Positions 10,547-20,228 of a stretch of 64,000 nucleotides of DNA are shown here, in pieces; positions within the stretch are counted from its first letter, which is position 1; each line of letters opens with the position of its first letter. The notes under the pieces were generated by a model. The model worked only from the letters and a program-made list of their open reading frames with translations, was not told the origin of the DNA and searched no databases. Source of the stretch: Candidatus Marinacidobacterales bacterium (GTDB taxonomy: Bacteria > Acidobacteriota > Vicinamibacteria > Marinacidobacterales > SMYC01); contig OZ250169.1 in assembly GCA_965237955.1 (NCBI GenBank), positions 6,112,001 through 6,176,000 of the forward strand, read 5' to 3'. Made by a program: the position numbers and the translations under genes.

Positions 10547-11865
10547 GAGGACGCAATCCGCTCCCGAGAGCTCAGGTCCAACGCTATAGAAAGTAGAAGG
10601 ATCGTTTTGATTATTGTGTTCAGTCTGTATCCAGTCCGCCGAGCGGGGCACATCGGAGACCCGAACCTCGTCAATTCCGCCATTCCATTCCTGACCGGTG
10701 ATGATATCCGAGCTATTTCCAATGTGTAGCTCTCTCGTGCCCGTCTGAGTGGACCCCGTGTAAGGGGCGGAGTTCCTCAGCAGGCCGTCCACGTAAATTC
10801 TCAGCAAACCGGCGGTCGAATCCGCTACCCCTACAACGTGATGCCAGAACCCGTCGGTGATGAGAGCCAATGGGGCGATGACGCTCTGGGTATCGTCGAC
10901 GAAAAAGGCGAGATCGCTCGCGTTGGCTTTGCCTAACCAATAGTTTCGGCTGCCGACCGGCCCCCACTTGTTGACGACGACTCCGACGTCCGCGTCCGCA
11001 TCGGTGGTCTTTACCCAGGCCGACGCGGTGATATCTTGCAGGAATCCTGAGGGTGGGATCATCCGGAACATTGACGTGTCGCTCGTTGGTGTCATCAAAC
11101 TCCAGGCTTCCATCGATCTGTCCGGGTACCTGGTTTGCCGTCAGGAGTGAACTCGCACTTCCTTCGTTGGGGTTCGAGGTGCTGTCAAGGAATTGAGGAG
11201 CCGGATCGGCAGGGTCTTCTTTCAAATGCCAGACAGCGCGGTAATTTAAATTCCGAACCCCGACTACGTTTTCTTGAGAAGAAACAATGGAAGCGTCGCC
11301 GTAGTACATCTCAATGAGTGTATCGGTATTGTAAGAAAGGACGGGGATTCTCACCCAGGCAACGAACCTCCCTGTGACAGGATCGTATGCCTCGATCTCG
11401 TGGTCGAGATTCGCGACCGTGCAACCCTGCCTGAAGACGATGTCGAAGCCATTTGCATTTTCTACTTTTCCACCGTTACCCGTCGTCCTCAGATCAAGGT
11501 CCGTGAGGCTGACGAGAACAGGGAAACCGGCAAGGTCAGCGGAGCCACTGACCTTGGTGTTGTCGATGGTGACCTGCTTGCGGAAACCAAACGCCGCGTC
11601 TGCGGATGGGACGAAGATGTGAAAGAGGAGGAAGGCGATCGCGGTCAGAAACGTTGGCCGAGTGCCGAGCCTCGCAGCAGCAAAGGCATCGCCGGCCGAG
11701 CGGCGGGTAGGTACCTTTTCAGTATAGTGGATTCTACACATTCCGGCGGCCCCCTCACGCAACGAGCGGGACTTTCTTTCGAACACGGCCTTCGTGACCC
11801 TGGCCGCTCTTTAGTGCGCCGTTTCTGCTTGCAACTATTGAAGAAAGTTGTTTTGTCCACCCGAC

Positions 11866-11882
11866 TTGCAAACGCTGCGCCA
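11866..11882 (-). promoter_or_regulatory. sigma54 (-24/-12) promoter candidate for the giant C25 gene
   Basis: Minus strand reads TGGCGCAGCGTTTGCAA, close to the TGGCAC-N5-TTGCW consensus. Confidence 0.7.
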
Positions 11883-12062
11883 AACAACCCCACACTCGCA
11901 GCTCCTTGCGGAAAGGCACCTTGGGAGAACACACTCTCTTGCGGCACCGAGGAAATCGTGGGGAATCTCCCTCTCCGGCTCACCACTTTCGCCCACACAC
12001 TCGCATTCGCACCGAGGGAAAGAAAAGATTGACGTCGGACAGGAAAAGCGAATCTGGCGTCC

Positions 12063-12105
12063 AGGAGCCGCCACTCCTAACTTCAACTGCCCGTGGGGCA
12101 TCTCC
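12063..12105. mobile_element. Solo IS256-type terminal inverted repeat (IS remnant)
   Basis: AGGAGCCGCCACTCCTAAC-TTCAACT..GGGGCATCTCC matches the IS end at 3272-3315 at about 38 of 44 positions. No adjacent transposase. Confidence 0.8.
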
Positions 12106-12108
12106 CCT

Positions 12109-12672
12109 TCAAACAGTCTCTTTCCGGCTTTCCTCGGGCAGGATGGTGCGCATCCAGTAGAGGTAATGCAGCGCCGAGGCCACCACCAGAACGATCGTCG
12201 CTCCCAGCAAGTAGTTCGTCCACGGGTGATCGGTGCGCAGGTAGTTGCACCCGATCACCCACACGATCATGACGAGGTGAATCGTCGTCGTGGCCTTGCC
12301 GAGGAGGCTCGGTGGAAACGTGCGTCGTGCGATGACGAGGTTGAACACGAGAACGGCTAGAAGGATTCCCGCGTCACGGCTGATCGACAGGATGGCGATC
12401 CACGCGGGGATGCGAACGGTGAGCGTGGCACTCGGAAGCGACAGCACGATCAGGCTCGACGTGACGAGGAGCTTGTCGGCTAACGGGTCCAGCATCGTTC
12501 CGAGCTCGGTCCTCTCGTGCCGAATGCGCGCGAACAGCCCGTCGAGCGCATCGGTGATGCCGGCAATGATGAACACGATGAGCGCCCAACCGTAGTATCC
12601 GTAGACGAGCAAAATCACGATAACGGGCACCAAGCACATCCGAAGAATCGTGAGTTGGTTGGCGAGCGTCAT
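12109..12672 (-). CDS. CDP-alcohol phosphatidyltransferase family protein
   Basis: ANQLTILR and TDALDGLFAR...GTMLDPLADK signature; hydrophobic helices. Confidence 0.9.
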   Translation of the reverse strand: MTLANQLTILRMCLVPVIVILLVYGYYGWALIVFIIAGITDALDGLFARIRHERTELGTMLDPLADKLLVTSSLIVLSLPSATLTVRIPAWIAILSISRDAGILLAVLVFNLVIARRTFPPSLLGKATTTIHLVMIVWVIGCNYLRTDHPWTNYLLGATIVLVVASALHYLYWMRTILPEESRKETV

Positions 12673-12848
12673 CGCTGCAATCGATTCTACTACAACAACT
12701 TAGAGGGAATCGTGTCGAGACCCTTCAAACCGCTTCAAATTTCGATTTCAACTCAGTATACTCGTCACTCACTATTATCCAGTTTGAAGCTGGCGACCCA
12801 ACACCGTCTGGCACCCGCTGGAGTGACTTGGCTCTTTGGGAGACCTGA

Positions 12849-13280
12849 ATGACCAAAATCAAGATGGTGAAGTGCGCGCTCCGCTCTCCCGGAGAAGCAC
12901 CCGCCGCACGATTCGTGCCTCTTCGCGAGTTTCAACTTTGGAAGTACTACATGACGCACGCCCACGAGAAGATCGTGGACGGAGAAGAGATCTCGATTTG
13001 GGTCGATGCGGAAAGCTACGGCGAGCAGCCGCCGACGCAAGCGCGTCCGCTCGAAGCGGTCGTACGCGTCGACCTCCAGTATTGGAACCAAGACTTGAAT
13101 ACCGCGACGCTCATCCAGCGATACTTCCCGCTCGATGACTACGACACGATACGAGACACTTTTCTGCAGCACTTTCCCGACCACCCAGCCCCGGCCGGGA
13201 GTAAGCTCGCGAGAAAACGGATCACGGAGACGAGGGGCTACTATCTCCACCCGAGGCTTCCCCAGGTTCGGGATTCGTAA
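12849..13280 (+). CDS. Hypothetical protein
   Basis: 143 aa, GGAGA RBS, globular composition; no family recognised. Confidence 0.65.
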   Translation: MTKIKMVKCALRSPGEAPAARFVPLREFQLWKYYMTHAHEKIVDGEEISIWVDAESYGEQPPTQARPLEAVVRVDLQYWNQDLNTATLIQRYFPLDDYDTIRDTFLQHFPDHPAPAGSKLARKRITETRGYYLHPRLPQVRDS

Positions 13281-14190
13281 ACGGCGGCAGTCCCGACGCG
13301 GACAGAAACTCGTTGAGCATCGCTTCGTAGCCTTCAATGTCGGTGCGATAGGCGGCACCGTGCGTCGCGCCCGGAAACGATCGAAAGCGGCTGTGCGCGT
13401 TGATGGTCCGCTCGTGGAGACGCCGTTGTATCTCCACCGGCATGCGCTGATCGTCCTCTCCCGCCACGATCAGCACCGGCCGATCTCCGATCACTGTGAT
13501 CGTACGCTCGAGGTCGAACTCCGATCGATCGAAATCTCCTTGCATCTCAAGAAAAAACAATAGAGCGGTGCCGAACGGAAAGCGCGGAAGCCCGAAGATG
13601 AGATCCAAATGGTGAACGACCGTATGGTCGAGACTCGAGAACGAGCTGTCCGCGATGACGGCAGCGACGTCTTCCGTTTCGGACGCCGCGAGGAGCGACG
13701 CGGCGGCGCCCATCGAAACGCCGTACAGAACAATTTTTACACCCGGCTTCTTCTCCTGGAGAAAATCGACCGCGCCGAGGAAATCTAATCGTTCGTCAAA
13801 ACCGAGGGTGACTCTCTCGCCCTCGCTCTCGCCGTGACGGCGAAAGTCGAACACAAGGGTGTCGTAGCCTTGCGTGCGGAAAAACGCTGCGCGGTCGAGA
13901 ACTTCTCGACGCGATCGGAACAGTCCATGACCACACGCGATCGCGACGTCGGAGCTCGCGCCGCCGAGGTACCAACCACTCAACGTGACTCCATCGGCCG
14001 CAGTGAACGATACGTTCTCGAAATAGAGATCGTAATCGGACGGCGACGACGTCAGCCTGAGATCCATGGGGCGCGTTCCCGCCCGGGTGACGAGACGCGC
14101 AAACGCGTAGGGCAGACCGATGGTCGCAACGAGCACGAGAGCGATCACCAGACCCAACAAGATCTTCTTCCAGTGTTTTCGGATCGCCAT
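13222..14190 (-). CDS. Membrane-anchored alpha/beta hydrolase
   Basis: N-terminal TM helix, FDFRRHGES, nucleophile motif GVSMG, putative Asp (GEDDQR) and His (GATHG). Confidence 0.9.
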   Translation of the reverse strand: MAIRKHWKKILLGLVIALVLVATIGLPYAFARLVTRAGTRPMDLRLTSSPSDYDLYFENVSFTAADGVTLSGWYLGGASSDVAIACGHGLFRSRREVLDRAAFFRTQGYDTLVFDFRRHGESEGERVTLGFDERLDFLGAVDFLQEKKPGVKIVLYGVSMGAAASLLAASETEDVAAVIADSSFSSLDHTVVHHLDLIFGLPRFPFGTALLFFLEMQGDFDRSEFDLERTITVIGDRPVLIVAGEDDQRMPVEIQRRLHERTINAHSRFRSFPGATHGAAYRTDIEGYEAMLNEFLSASGLPPFTNPEPGEASGGDSSPSSP

Positions 14191-14195
14191 CGGGC

Positions 14196-15410
14196 CTAGC
14201 TCTCCCCGGACGGTTCATCGATCAGTAACAGCAGCACGAGAGCGGCGATACTGAAGGCCGATGTCATCCAACAGATGTAGTGGAAGCCGTAGAGCGGGGC
14301 GCCTAATGGTTCGTAGAGCACGGATGCGAGCGCTGCCGCCGTCGCGCTTCCAACTTGTGACAACGTGTTTCGCAAAGCGACGTAGGCGCCCCGCTCTTCG
14401 GTGCTGACGAGCTCCGTCACCAACGACTGCAGCGGCGCCACACGAGCGAGCGCCGAGAGGCCTACCAACCCGAGCGTCAAGTACAAGAGCGCTCCGCCAG
14501 TCTCGGGAACGACGATCAGGAAAAACGCGAGAGCGGCGCTGCCCGCGAGCGCCACCCGCAACTTCCCCACTCGATCCGACAACCACCCCGCCGCCAACGC
14601 GCCGATGAGGCTAGCGATACCAGTAATGAAAAAAACGAGGCCGACGCTCGTCAACGACAAGCCGAATCTGCTGCGGAGGTAGGCGCCGAGATAAAGGAGG
14701 AACCCCGTCAGGCCTCCGGTGACAAAAAAAGCCGAAAACGCACCCGCGGCGGTAGAGCGCACCTTCAAGAACCGGAGGTATGCGAGCGGATTCCTGACCG
14801 CGCGTCCGTGTCGCTCGGTCTCGTCGAACCAGAGCGCGACCGCAACGGTGACGATGGCGCCAATGGCAGCGAAGACGACGTAATTCGTTCGCCATCCGGC
14901 GTGCTCTGCGATCCAAAGGGCCGGCGGAAAAACGAGAACCGGTACAGCGTACGCGGCGGCGACCCAGGCCATGGCTCGCCCGCGGCGTTCGTAGGGCACG
15001 ACGTCCGCAATCGCGGCCACGACCAGAGCAGAAATGATCCCGCCGGCAGCCCCGGTGACGACTCGAGCGCCCACGAATACCACGAACGACGGTGCTGCGG
15101 CGACGAGAAGGCTTCCGAGACCGAAAACGCCGCCCGCCGCGATGAGAAATCTACGGTGGCCCGACGCGTCCGACAGCGGACCGACAACCAGCGCCGCGAG
15201 CGCCGCAGCGATCGCGTAGCCGACGACGCTCCAGCCCACCGACACTTCGGACGTACCCAGTTTCGCCGCAATCTCGGGGAGGATCGGCGCTAGAAGTTGG
15301 TTGTCGACCAGCCCGAGAGTGAGAAGGCTGGCGAGAACGGAGACGATCCTCGTCTCCGCCGGGACGGCGTCCGCCCGGTTGAGAACCTCTGCTCGATCGC
15401 CGTCGCTCAT
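14196..15410 (-). CDS. MFS transporter
   Basis: About 12 TM helices; motif A-like GPLSDASGHRR and GWLSDRVGK. Confidence 0.9.
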   Translation of the reverse strand: MSDGDRAEVLNRADAVPAETRIVSVLASLLTLGLVDNQLLAPILPEIAAKLGTSEVSVGWSVVGYAIAAALAALVVGPLSDASGHRRFLIAAGGVFGLGSLLVAAAPSFVVFVGARVVTGAAGGIISALVVAAIADVVPYERRGRAMAWVAAAYAVPVLVFPPALWIAEHAGWRTNYVVFAAIGAIVTVAVALWFDETERHGRAVRNPLAYLRFLKVRSTAAGAFSAFFVTGGLTGFLLYLGAYLRSRFGLSLTSVGLVFFITGIASLIGALAAGWLSDRVGKLRVALAGSAALAFFLIVVPETGGALLYLTLGLVGLSALARVAPLQSLVTELVSTEERGAYVALRNTLSQVGSATAAALASVLYEPLGAPLYGFHYICWMTSAFSIAALVLLLLIDEPSGES

Positions 15411-15422
15411 GTGACCGGCGCG

Positions 15423-16550
15423 TCAAGAAATAGTCGCGAGGCAGGTCTCGATCTCGCGTCTATCGGCGCTTCGCTCCGGAGGGACCAGTCGAAGCGCTTT
15501 TTCGAGTGGATCCCGGGCTTCGCGTTTCCAACCCCGGCGGATGTAGAGCTTTGCTATCCAGTATAGATACTCCCACGCGTTGTCGTCATCCGTGATCATC
15601 AACCGGTCGCAAGCGGCGAGACCGGCTTCTTCATCGAACGTTTCTGCTAGAACCAATTGCGCTAGCTCACGGTTGTAGCGCACTTCGTCAGGTGCGAGCG
15701 CGCACGCACGGTTCAACAGTCGAAACTGAGATTCGCGATCCTTGGCTTTGCCGAGAAGGAGCGCGGCCTCGAAGTAGGCTTCGTGGAAATTCGGCTCGCG
15801 CGCTACGGTCTCACGAAACTTTTCGAGAGCCGCGTCGTCTCGTTTCAATCCCGCGAGTGCGCGGCCGATGAGAAAGATCACGTCGGGATTGTCGCCGTCG
15901 TCCGCGGTAACGGAAGTGAGACGTTCGCGCGCTTGCTCATAACGACCGAGCTCGATGTTCACCGCGGACAGCAAGACCGCCACTTCGGTGTCGCTGGGAG
16001 CGGCGCGGTCGGCCACCTTCAACGCCTCGCGCGCGAGCTCCATGTCGCCCGCGAGGCTTTTGGCTCGACCAAGCTCAAGGTGAACGACGAACGTCGTCGT
16101 CGTCGAAGCCGCGGCGGACGAAAGAAAATGCACGGCACGCTCGTAATTCCCCTGGACGAGAGCAACATAACCAGCCTTGAAGTCGTCGTTCAACGCACGG
16201 TAGGCGTCGATGCGGCCTGGGTCTTTCTCGCCGATGGCGAGCTCGAAAAGATCGTCGAGGCCCGGATGGAACGAGCGCTCGTCGTCCCCATCCTCCGGTT
16301 CACGAGCGGGCTCGTGGACAGACTCGTAGGTGGGCACTTCGACAGCGCATCCGCGCTCGCGCGGCTGGCGGTCGCATTGACGGATTAGTGCGTCGATGGT
16401 CGTCGAGCGGTAGTCTCGCGCACCCAGCACCGAGCGCGCGCGCGTATATTCGTGGCGGGCTCGATCGAGCTCCCCTGCGAGAAACAAACGATCGCCACGG
16501 TGGCGGAGTCGCTCGTAGCCGTGCAGATAGTTCCAAACGCGAGCCAACAA
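15423..16550 (-). CDS. Tetratricopeptide repeat protein
   Basis: Multiple TPR-like units (LGRAKSLAGDMELAREALKVA, IGRALAGLKRDDAALEKF). Confidence 0.8.
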   Translation of the reverse strand: MLARVWNYLHGYERLRHRGDRLFLAGELDRARHEYTRARSVLGARDYRSTTIDALIRQCDRQPRERGCAVEVPTYESVHEPAREPEDGDDERSFHPGLDDLFELAIGEKDPGRIDAYRALNDDFKAGYVALVQGNYERAVHFLSSAAASTTTTFVVHLELGRAKSLAGDMELAREALKVADRAAPSDTEVAVLLSAVNIELGRYEQARERLTSVTADDGDNPDVIFLIGRALAGLKRDDAALEKFRETVAREPNFHEAYFEAALLLGKAKDRESQFRLLNRACALAPDEVRYNRELAQLVLAETFDEEAGLAACDRLMITDDDNAWEYLYWIAKLYIRRGWKREARDPLEKALRLVPPERSADRREIETCLATIS

Positions 16551-16551
16551 G

Positions 16552-17142
16552 TTAGTGCCGAGGTGGGGGTCGCTGCCTCTCCGGCAGGAGCAGCTCCCAG
16601 TTGTAACGATTCTGCCGGGTCTCTCTCAAACGGTACTCGGCAATGGCGCGTCGCTCGAAGACGCCATTGCAATCGACGGCGAGAGGGACGAATACGTAGT
16701 GCGCGGCAGACTGACACTGGAACGCGGCGTCTCTCGCCAACTCGAGCTCTTTCTCGGCAGCCTTGAGCCGCTCCGGCCATACGCGAGCCCAGGTCTCGCG
16801 GTACTCCCTAATCTCAGCTTCGGTCAACCGGCGCTCGCCGGAATCCGACGCGTCGGAATCGTCAACCGCACCCGCGGACGATGGATCGGACTCGCCCGGG
16901 TCTCGTCCGGTTACCGAAAGACCGTCTCCTCGTGCGCTCGAGAGCTCTTCGTCACCGAGGACGGGAACCGGCTCGTGGTTTCCTGCCCCGGCAGTGCGGG
17001 CGCGCCGATCCTTCTCCTTCTTCGCGACTTCCGCGAGCGACTGCGCAGACACCACCCCCGTCCCGAACAAGAGAAGTGCCGCCCAGGGCGCCAGTGCTCG
17101 CATCTCCCCTATACTTTGCCGCAATCGGGTCGCTTCGCGCAA
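16552..17142 (-). CDS. Hypothetical exported protein
   Basis: Signal peptide then AQSLAEVAKKEKDRR and a coiled region; start uncertain. Confidence 0.65.
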   Translation of the reverse strand: MREATRLRQSIGEMRALAPWAALLLFGTGVVSAQSLAEVAKKEKDRRARTAGAGNHEPVPVLGDEELSSARGDGLSVTGRDPGESDPSSAGAVDDSDASDSGERRLTEAEIREYRETWARVWPERLKAAEKELELARDAAFQCQSAAHYVFVPLAVDCNGVFERRAIAEYRLRETRQNRYNWELLLPERQRPPPRH

Positions 17143-17237
17143 CGAGCGATACCCGTTTTGCGGTATAGTGTTGGCTTGGCGCCGCTCGACACACCCCGCC
17201 GGGCTGAATAGATAGACATCATTAGGACGCCTACTCC

Positions 17238-19958
17238 ATGAGTCTGCTGAACCGCCTACGCCCGAAGTGGCAGAACAGCGACCCCGAGGTGCGCGTCGAC
17301 GCCGTCCGTCAATTGGACAAAAACGACATCGAGCTGCTCACGGCGGTCGCGCAGCAGGACACCGACGCCCGCGTCCGCAAGGTCGCCATCAAAAAGCTCG
17401 ACGCACCACGCCTTCTACTCGAGCTCGCCGAGACCGACAACGACGAAGGTGTGCGCACGTCCGCGCTCGTGCGTGCGCGGCACCTCCTCGTGCATATCGC
17501 GTGTGACTCGCGCAACGCCGACGAGTCGACACGGGCACTCGAGCTTCTCACCGAAGCATCCGATATCGCGAGCGTCGCGGAAAAGGCTCACTTCGAAGCT
17601 GTTCGTACGAACGCCTTCGATTCGCTTCAGGACGATGCCGCGCTCTCGACGCTGGTTCACACAGCGAAGAATCCCGCTATCCGTTTACGTGCGCTCAAGC
17701 GCGTCCAACAACCCTCTTCGCTCAAGAACATCGTTCTCGACGAGAACGCGGGCGCGCTCGCATCGATCGCGCTCACGCGCATCGAGGACATCGAAGTACT
17801 CGAAGCCGTCGTCGACCATGGTGCCGCCGCCAAATCGCTCCGCCGTCAAGCGCTCGCGAAGTTGTCGAAGCTCGCGCCCGACGATCACCCGATCAAGGTC
17901 AAAGAGCGAGAGGAACATTTCGCTGAGCTCTGCCAACGAGTCGAAGAGCTCGAGGAGGGCGCTCCGAGACCAGACGAGCTCGCCGAGATCGAGTCTCGAT
18001 GGTCGGAGCTCAAATCCCACGGCGCTCCCTCGGACGAACTGGCTCAGAGCTTCGATGCCGTCGCCACGCGCATCCGCGAGCGCGCAACCAAGAAATTACG
18101 TCGAGCCGAGCAATCTGTCCAGGCTGTGGAGGCGGTCGAGGAAGTCGCCGAACCTGCGACAGAACTCGCGCGCTCCACGAAGGCCGACGACAAACCCGAA
18201 GCGGAGCCGGTACAGCCCCTACAGCTAGACCAGCTCGAGAGGTTGGAGGCTCGTAGACAAGAGCTCAAAGACCTCCTCGCCGAAGCCGAATCAGCGTCGA
18301 AGGTCGACGATCCGGAGGCCGCCTCTCGCGCCCTCACCAAGCTTTCGAAGAAGTGGCGTACGCTCGAGAGCGTTGCCGACGCGGACGCGAAAGCCCGTTA
18401 CGCGCACCTCGAAGAGGGCGCCCATGAACTTCAGGAAACCAAGCGTCGTGAGCAGGAGGCCAAGGAACAAAAAACGCTCACCGAGATCCAAACGTGCTTG
18501 GCAAAGATGACCGAGCTCACGAGCTCCGACGAGCTTTCGATCCGGGAAGCCGGCAAAGCACTGCGCCAAGCGCAGAATCTCCTGAAGACGATGGGGCCTC
18601 TCGCGCGGAGCGTCAATCGCAAGAAAATACGGCGCGAGCTTACCGACGCCCGCGAGAAGTTGTTCAAGAAAACGCAGGACATGCGCACGATCGAGGATTG
18701 GAAGCGCTGGGCCAATGTCGACATCCAAAACGGCTTGATTACCCGTATCGAAGCGTTGCGCGAGTCGCGGGATACTCCAAAGGTTGCGAAGGAGCTGCGT
18801 GTGATCCACGAGGAGTGGAAGAAAGCCGGCGCGGCGCCATCGGAACAATCCGAGGAGTTGTGGCAGCGCTACAAGTCGGTCCGAGACGAGCTGAAGGTCA
18901 AGTGCGACGAGTTTTTCGAGAAACAAAACAAGGACCGCCTCGAAAACCTGCGGAAGAAAGAGGCGTTGTGCGTGGAAGTCGAGGCGCTCGACGATTCCAA
19001 GGAATGGAACAAGACCGCCGACGCGATCAAAGCGCTTCAAGAGAAGTGGAAGACGATCGGACCAGCTCCCCAGAAACAATCCGATGCAGTGTGGAGGCGA
19101 TTTCGAAAAGCGTGCGACCACTTCTTCGAGCGTCGCAAGGGTCACTTCGACGAGATCAAGGGTGAGCAAGGCGAGAATTTGAAAAAGAAAGAAGCGCTGT
19201 GCGAACTAGTGGAGACCGTTCAAGACTCGACCGATTGGCGTAACACCGCCGACGAGCTCAAACGCTTGCAAGCCGAGTGGCGGACGGTAGGCGCAGTGCA
19301 GCGGAAGAAATCCGACCAAGTGTGGAAACGGTTTCGAAAGGCGTGCGACCACTTTTTCGATCGATACAAGCGGCGCGACGAAGTCGAGCTCGAAGAGCGA
19401 CAGAAACAGCGCGAGGCGATCGTGGAGGAAACGACTCTGTTCGCAGAAGAACTCCCGGACGATGCGAACGCGGTGGCGTCGAAAGCGAAGGGGTTCTGGG
19501 TGAGTTGGAAAAGCCTCAGCGCCGTCCCCGAATCGACCCGAGATGTTCAAGAACGCTTCGAATCGATTGTCAGCCAACTCGTTTCCGGCGTGCCCAACGC
19601 GTTCGCCGACACCGACCTTGACCCCGCGACGAGTCGCAAAAAACGCGAACGCCTCGTCATCCGCCTCGAGACCCTGGTGAACGAGCTCACCGGCAAGACG
19701 ACCGCCGCGAACGAGGCTGCCGAGCTCGGCGAGCTCGAAGACTTGGCCCGAAGACTCAAGGATGCTCTCGCTAGCAACACGATGACCGGCGGCAAACCCC
19801 GGGAGAAAAAGCTCGATTGGCGCGCCGCCTCGGACGAAGTGCGCCGGTTGAAAGCGAACTGGCTACGCGCCGCCCCGGTGCCGGGCGACGAAGGCCGTGC
19901 CCTCGGCGAGCGATTCCAAAACGCTTACGAGAGTTTTTTGAAGCAGAAACCCAAGTAG
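17238..19958 (+). CDS. DUF349 repeat protein
   Basis: Repeated NLxKKEALC...W..TAD.LK.LQ.EW..IG......D.VW.RFRKACDHFF units; N-terminal HEAT-like region. Confidence 0.85.
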   Translation: MSLLNRLRPKWQNSDPEVRVDAVRQLDKNDIELLTAVAQQDTDARVRKVAIKKLDAPRLLLELAETDNDEGVRTSALVRARHLLVHIACDSRNADESTRALELLTEASDIASVAEKAHFEAVRTNAFDSLQDDAALSTLVHTAKNPAIRLRALKRVQQPSSLKNIVLDENAGALASIALTRIEDIEVLEAVVDHGAAAKSLRRQALAKLSKLAPDDHPIKVKEREEHFAELCQRVEELEEGAPRPDELAEIESRWSELKSHGAPSDELAQSFDAVATRIRERATKKLRRAEQSVQAVEAVEEVAEPATELARSTKADDKPEAEPVQPLQLDQLERLEARRQELKDLLAEAESASKVDDPEAASRALTKLSKKWRTLESVADADAKARYAHLEEGAHELQETKRREQEAKEQKTLTEIQTCLAKMTELTSSDELSIREAGKALRQAQNLLKTMGPLARSVNRKKIRRELTDAREKLFKKTQDMRTIEDWKRWANVDIQNGLITRIEALRESRDTPKVAKELRVIHEEWKKAGAAPSEQSEELWQRYKSVRDELKVKCDEFFEKQNKDRLENLRKKEALCVEVEALDDSKEWNKTADAIKALQEKWKTIGPAPQKQSDAVWRRFRKACDHFFERRKGHFDEIKGEQGENLKKKEALCELVETVQDSTDWRNTADELKRLQAEWRTVGAVQRKKSDQVWKRFRKACDHFFDRYKRRDEVELEERQKQREAIVEETTLFAEELPDDANAVASKAKGFWVSWKSLSAVPESTRDVQERFESIVSQLVSGVPNAFADTDLDPATSRKKRERLVIRLETLVNELTGKTTAANEAAELGELEDLARRLKDALASNTMTGGKPREKKLDWRAASDEVRRLKANWLRAAPVPGDEGRALGERFQNAYESFLKQKPK

Positions 19959-20038
19959 CTGCATCCTGCTGCCGCTTCCCGCTCAGTCCACCATCTCCTC
20001 GATTAGCGCCAGCACACGGCGGCTGGAAAAGAAAAACT

Positions 20039-20190
20039 CACCGCAGAGAATGCAGAGTCGCGAAAGCGCAAAGACCTTCATACGGATGCGGAGAGAGAGG
20101 ACAGCTGAGGGGGAAAGTGGAGTAGACTTACTTTCGCGTCTTTGCGTTGATTTTTTCGGTTGGGCTTCGGCGCGCGGTGCTGCTGTGGGG
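20039..20190. repeat. Degenerate 8-9-mer palindromic intergenic element between convergent genes
   Basis: CGCAAAGAC (20067-20075) is the reverse complement of GTCTTTGCG (20138-20146); also CGCGAAAG/CTTTCGCG and CCGCAGAGAATGCAGAG. Confidence 0.45.
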
Positions 20191-20228
20191 AGCGAGCTCG
20201 GCTATCGTCGAAACCCGTATAGCGCTAG

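Larger units (their letters stand above)
5151..11741 (-). pseudogene. Giant modular surface protein (about 2200 aa reconstructed): signal peptide, DUF2341, LamG, 2 beta-helix modules, Ig-like, C25 propeptide/PorU-like region, C25 cysteine peptidase
   Basis: Five consecutive ORFs join via +1 frameshifts near 11040 (TLRI/QDITASAW), 9160 (PDK/TYRIARQ) and 8085 (SELDN/LGFHLYR), plus an in-frame TAG at 10370-10372. Likely start is ATG 11741 with a GAGGGG RBS. Confidence 0.85.

Noticed and set aside
11957-11971. CGTGGGGAATCTCCC resembling the IS256 end at 12092-12106
   Set aside because: Only about 15 bp and lacking the inner IR motifs; equally explained as an activator site or chance.
1871-12105. 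Composite transposon already mobilised as one unit
   Set aside because: No target duplication flanks the 10.2-kb unit, whereas the single IS has its own perfect TSD.
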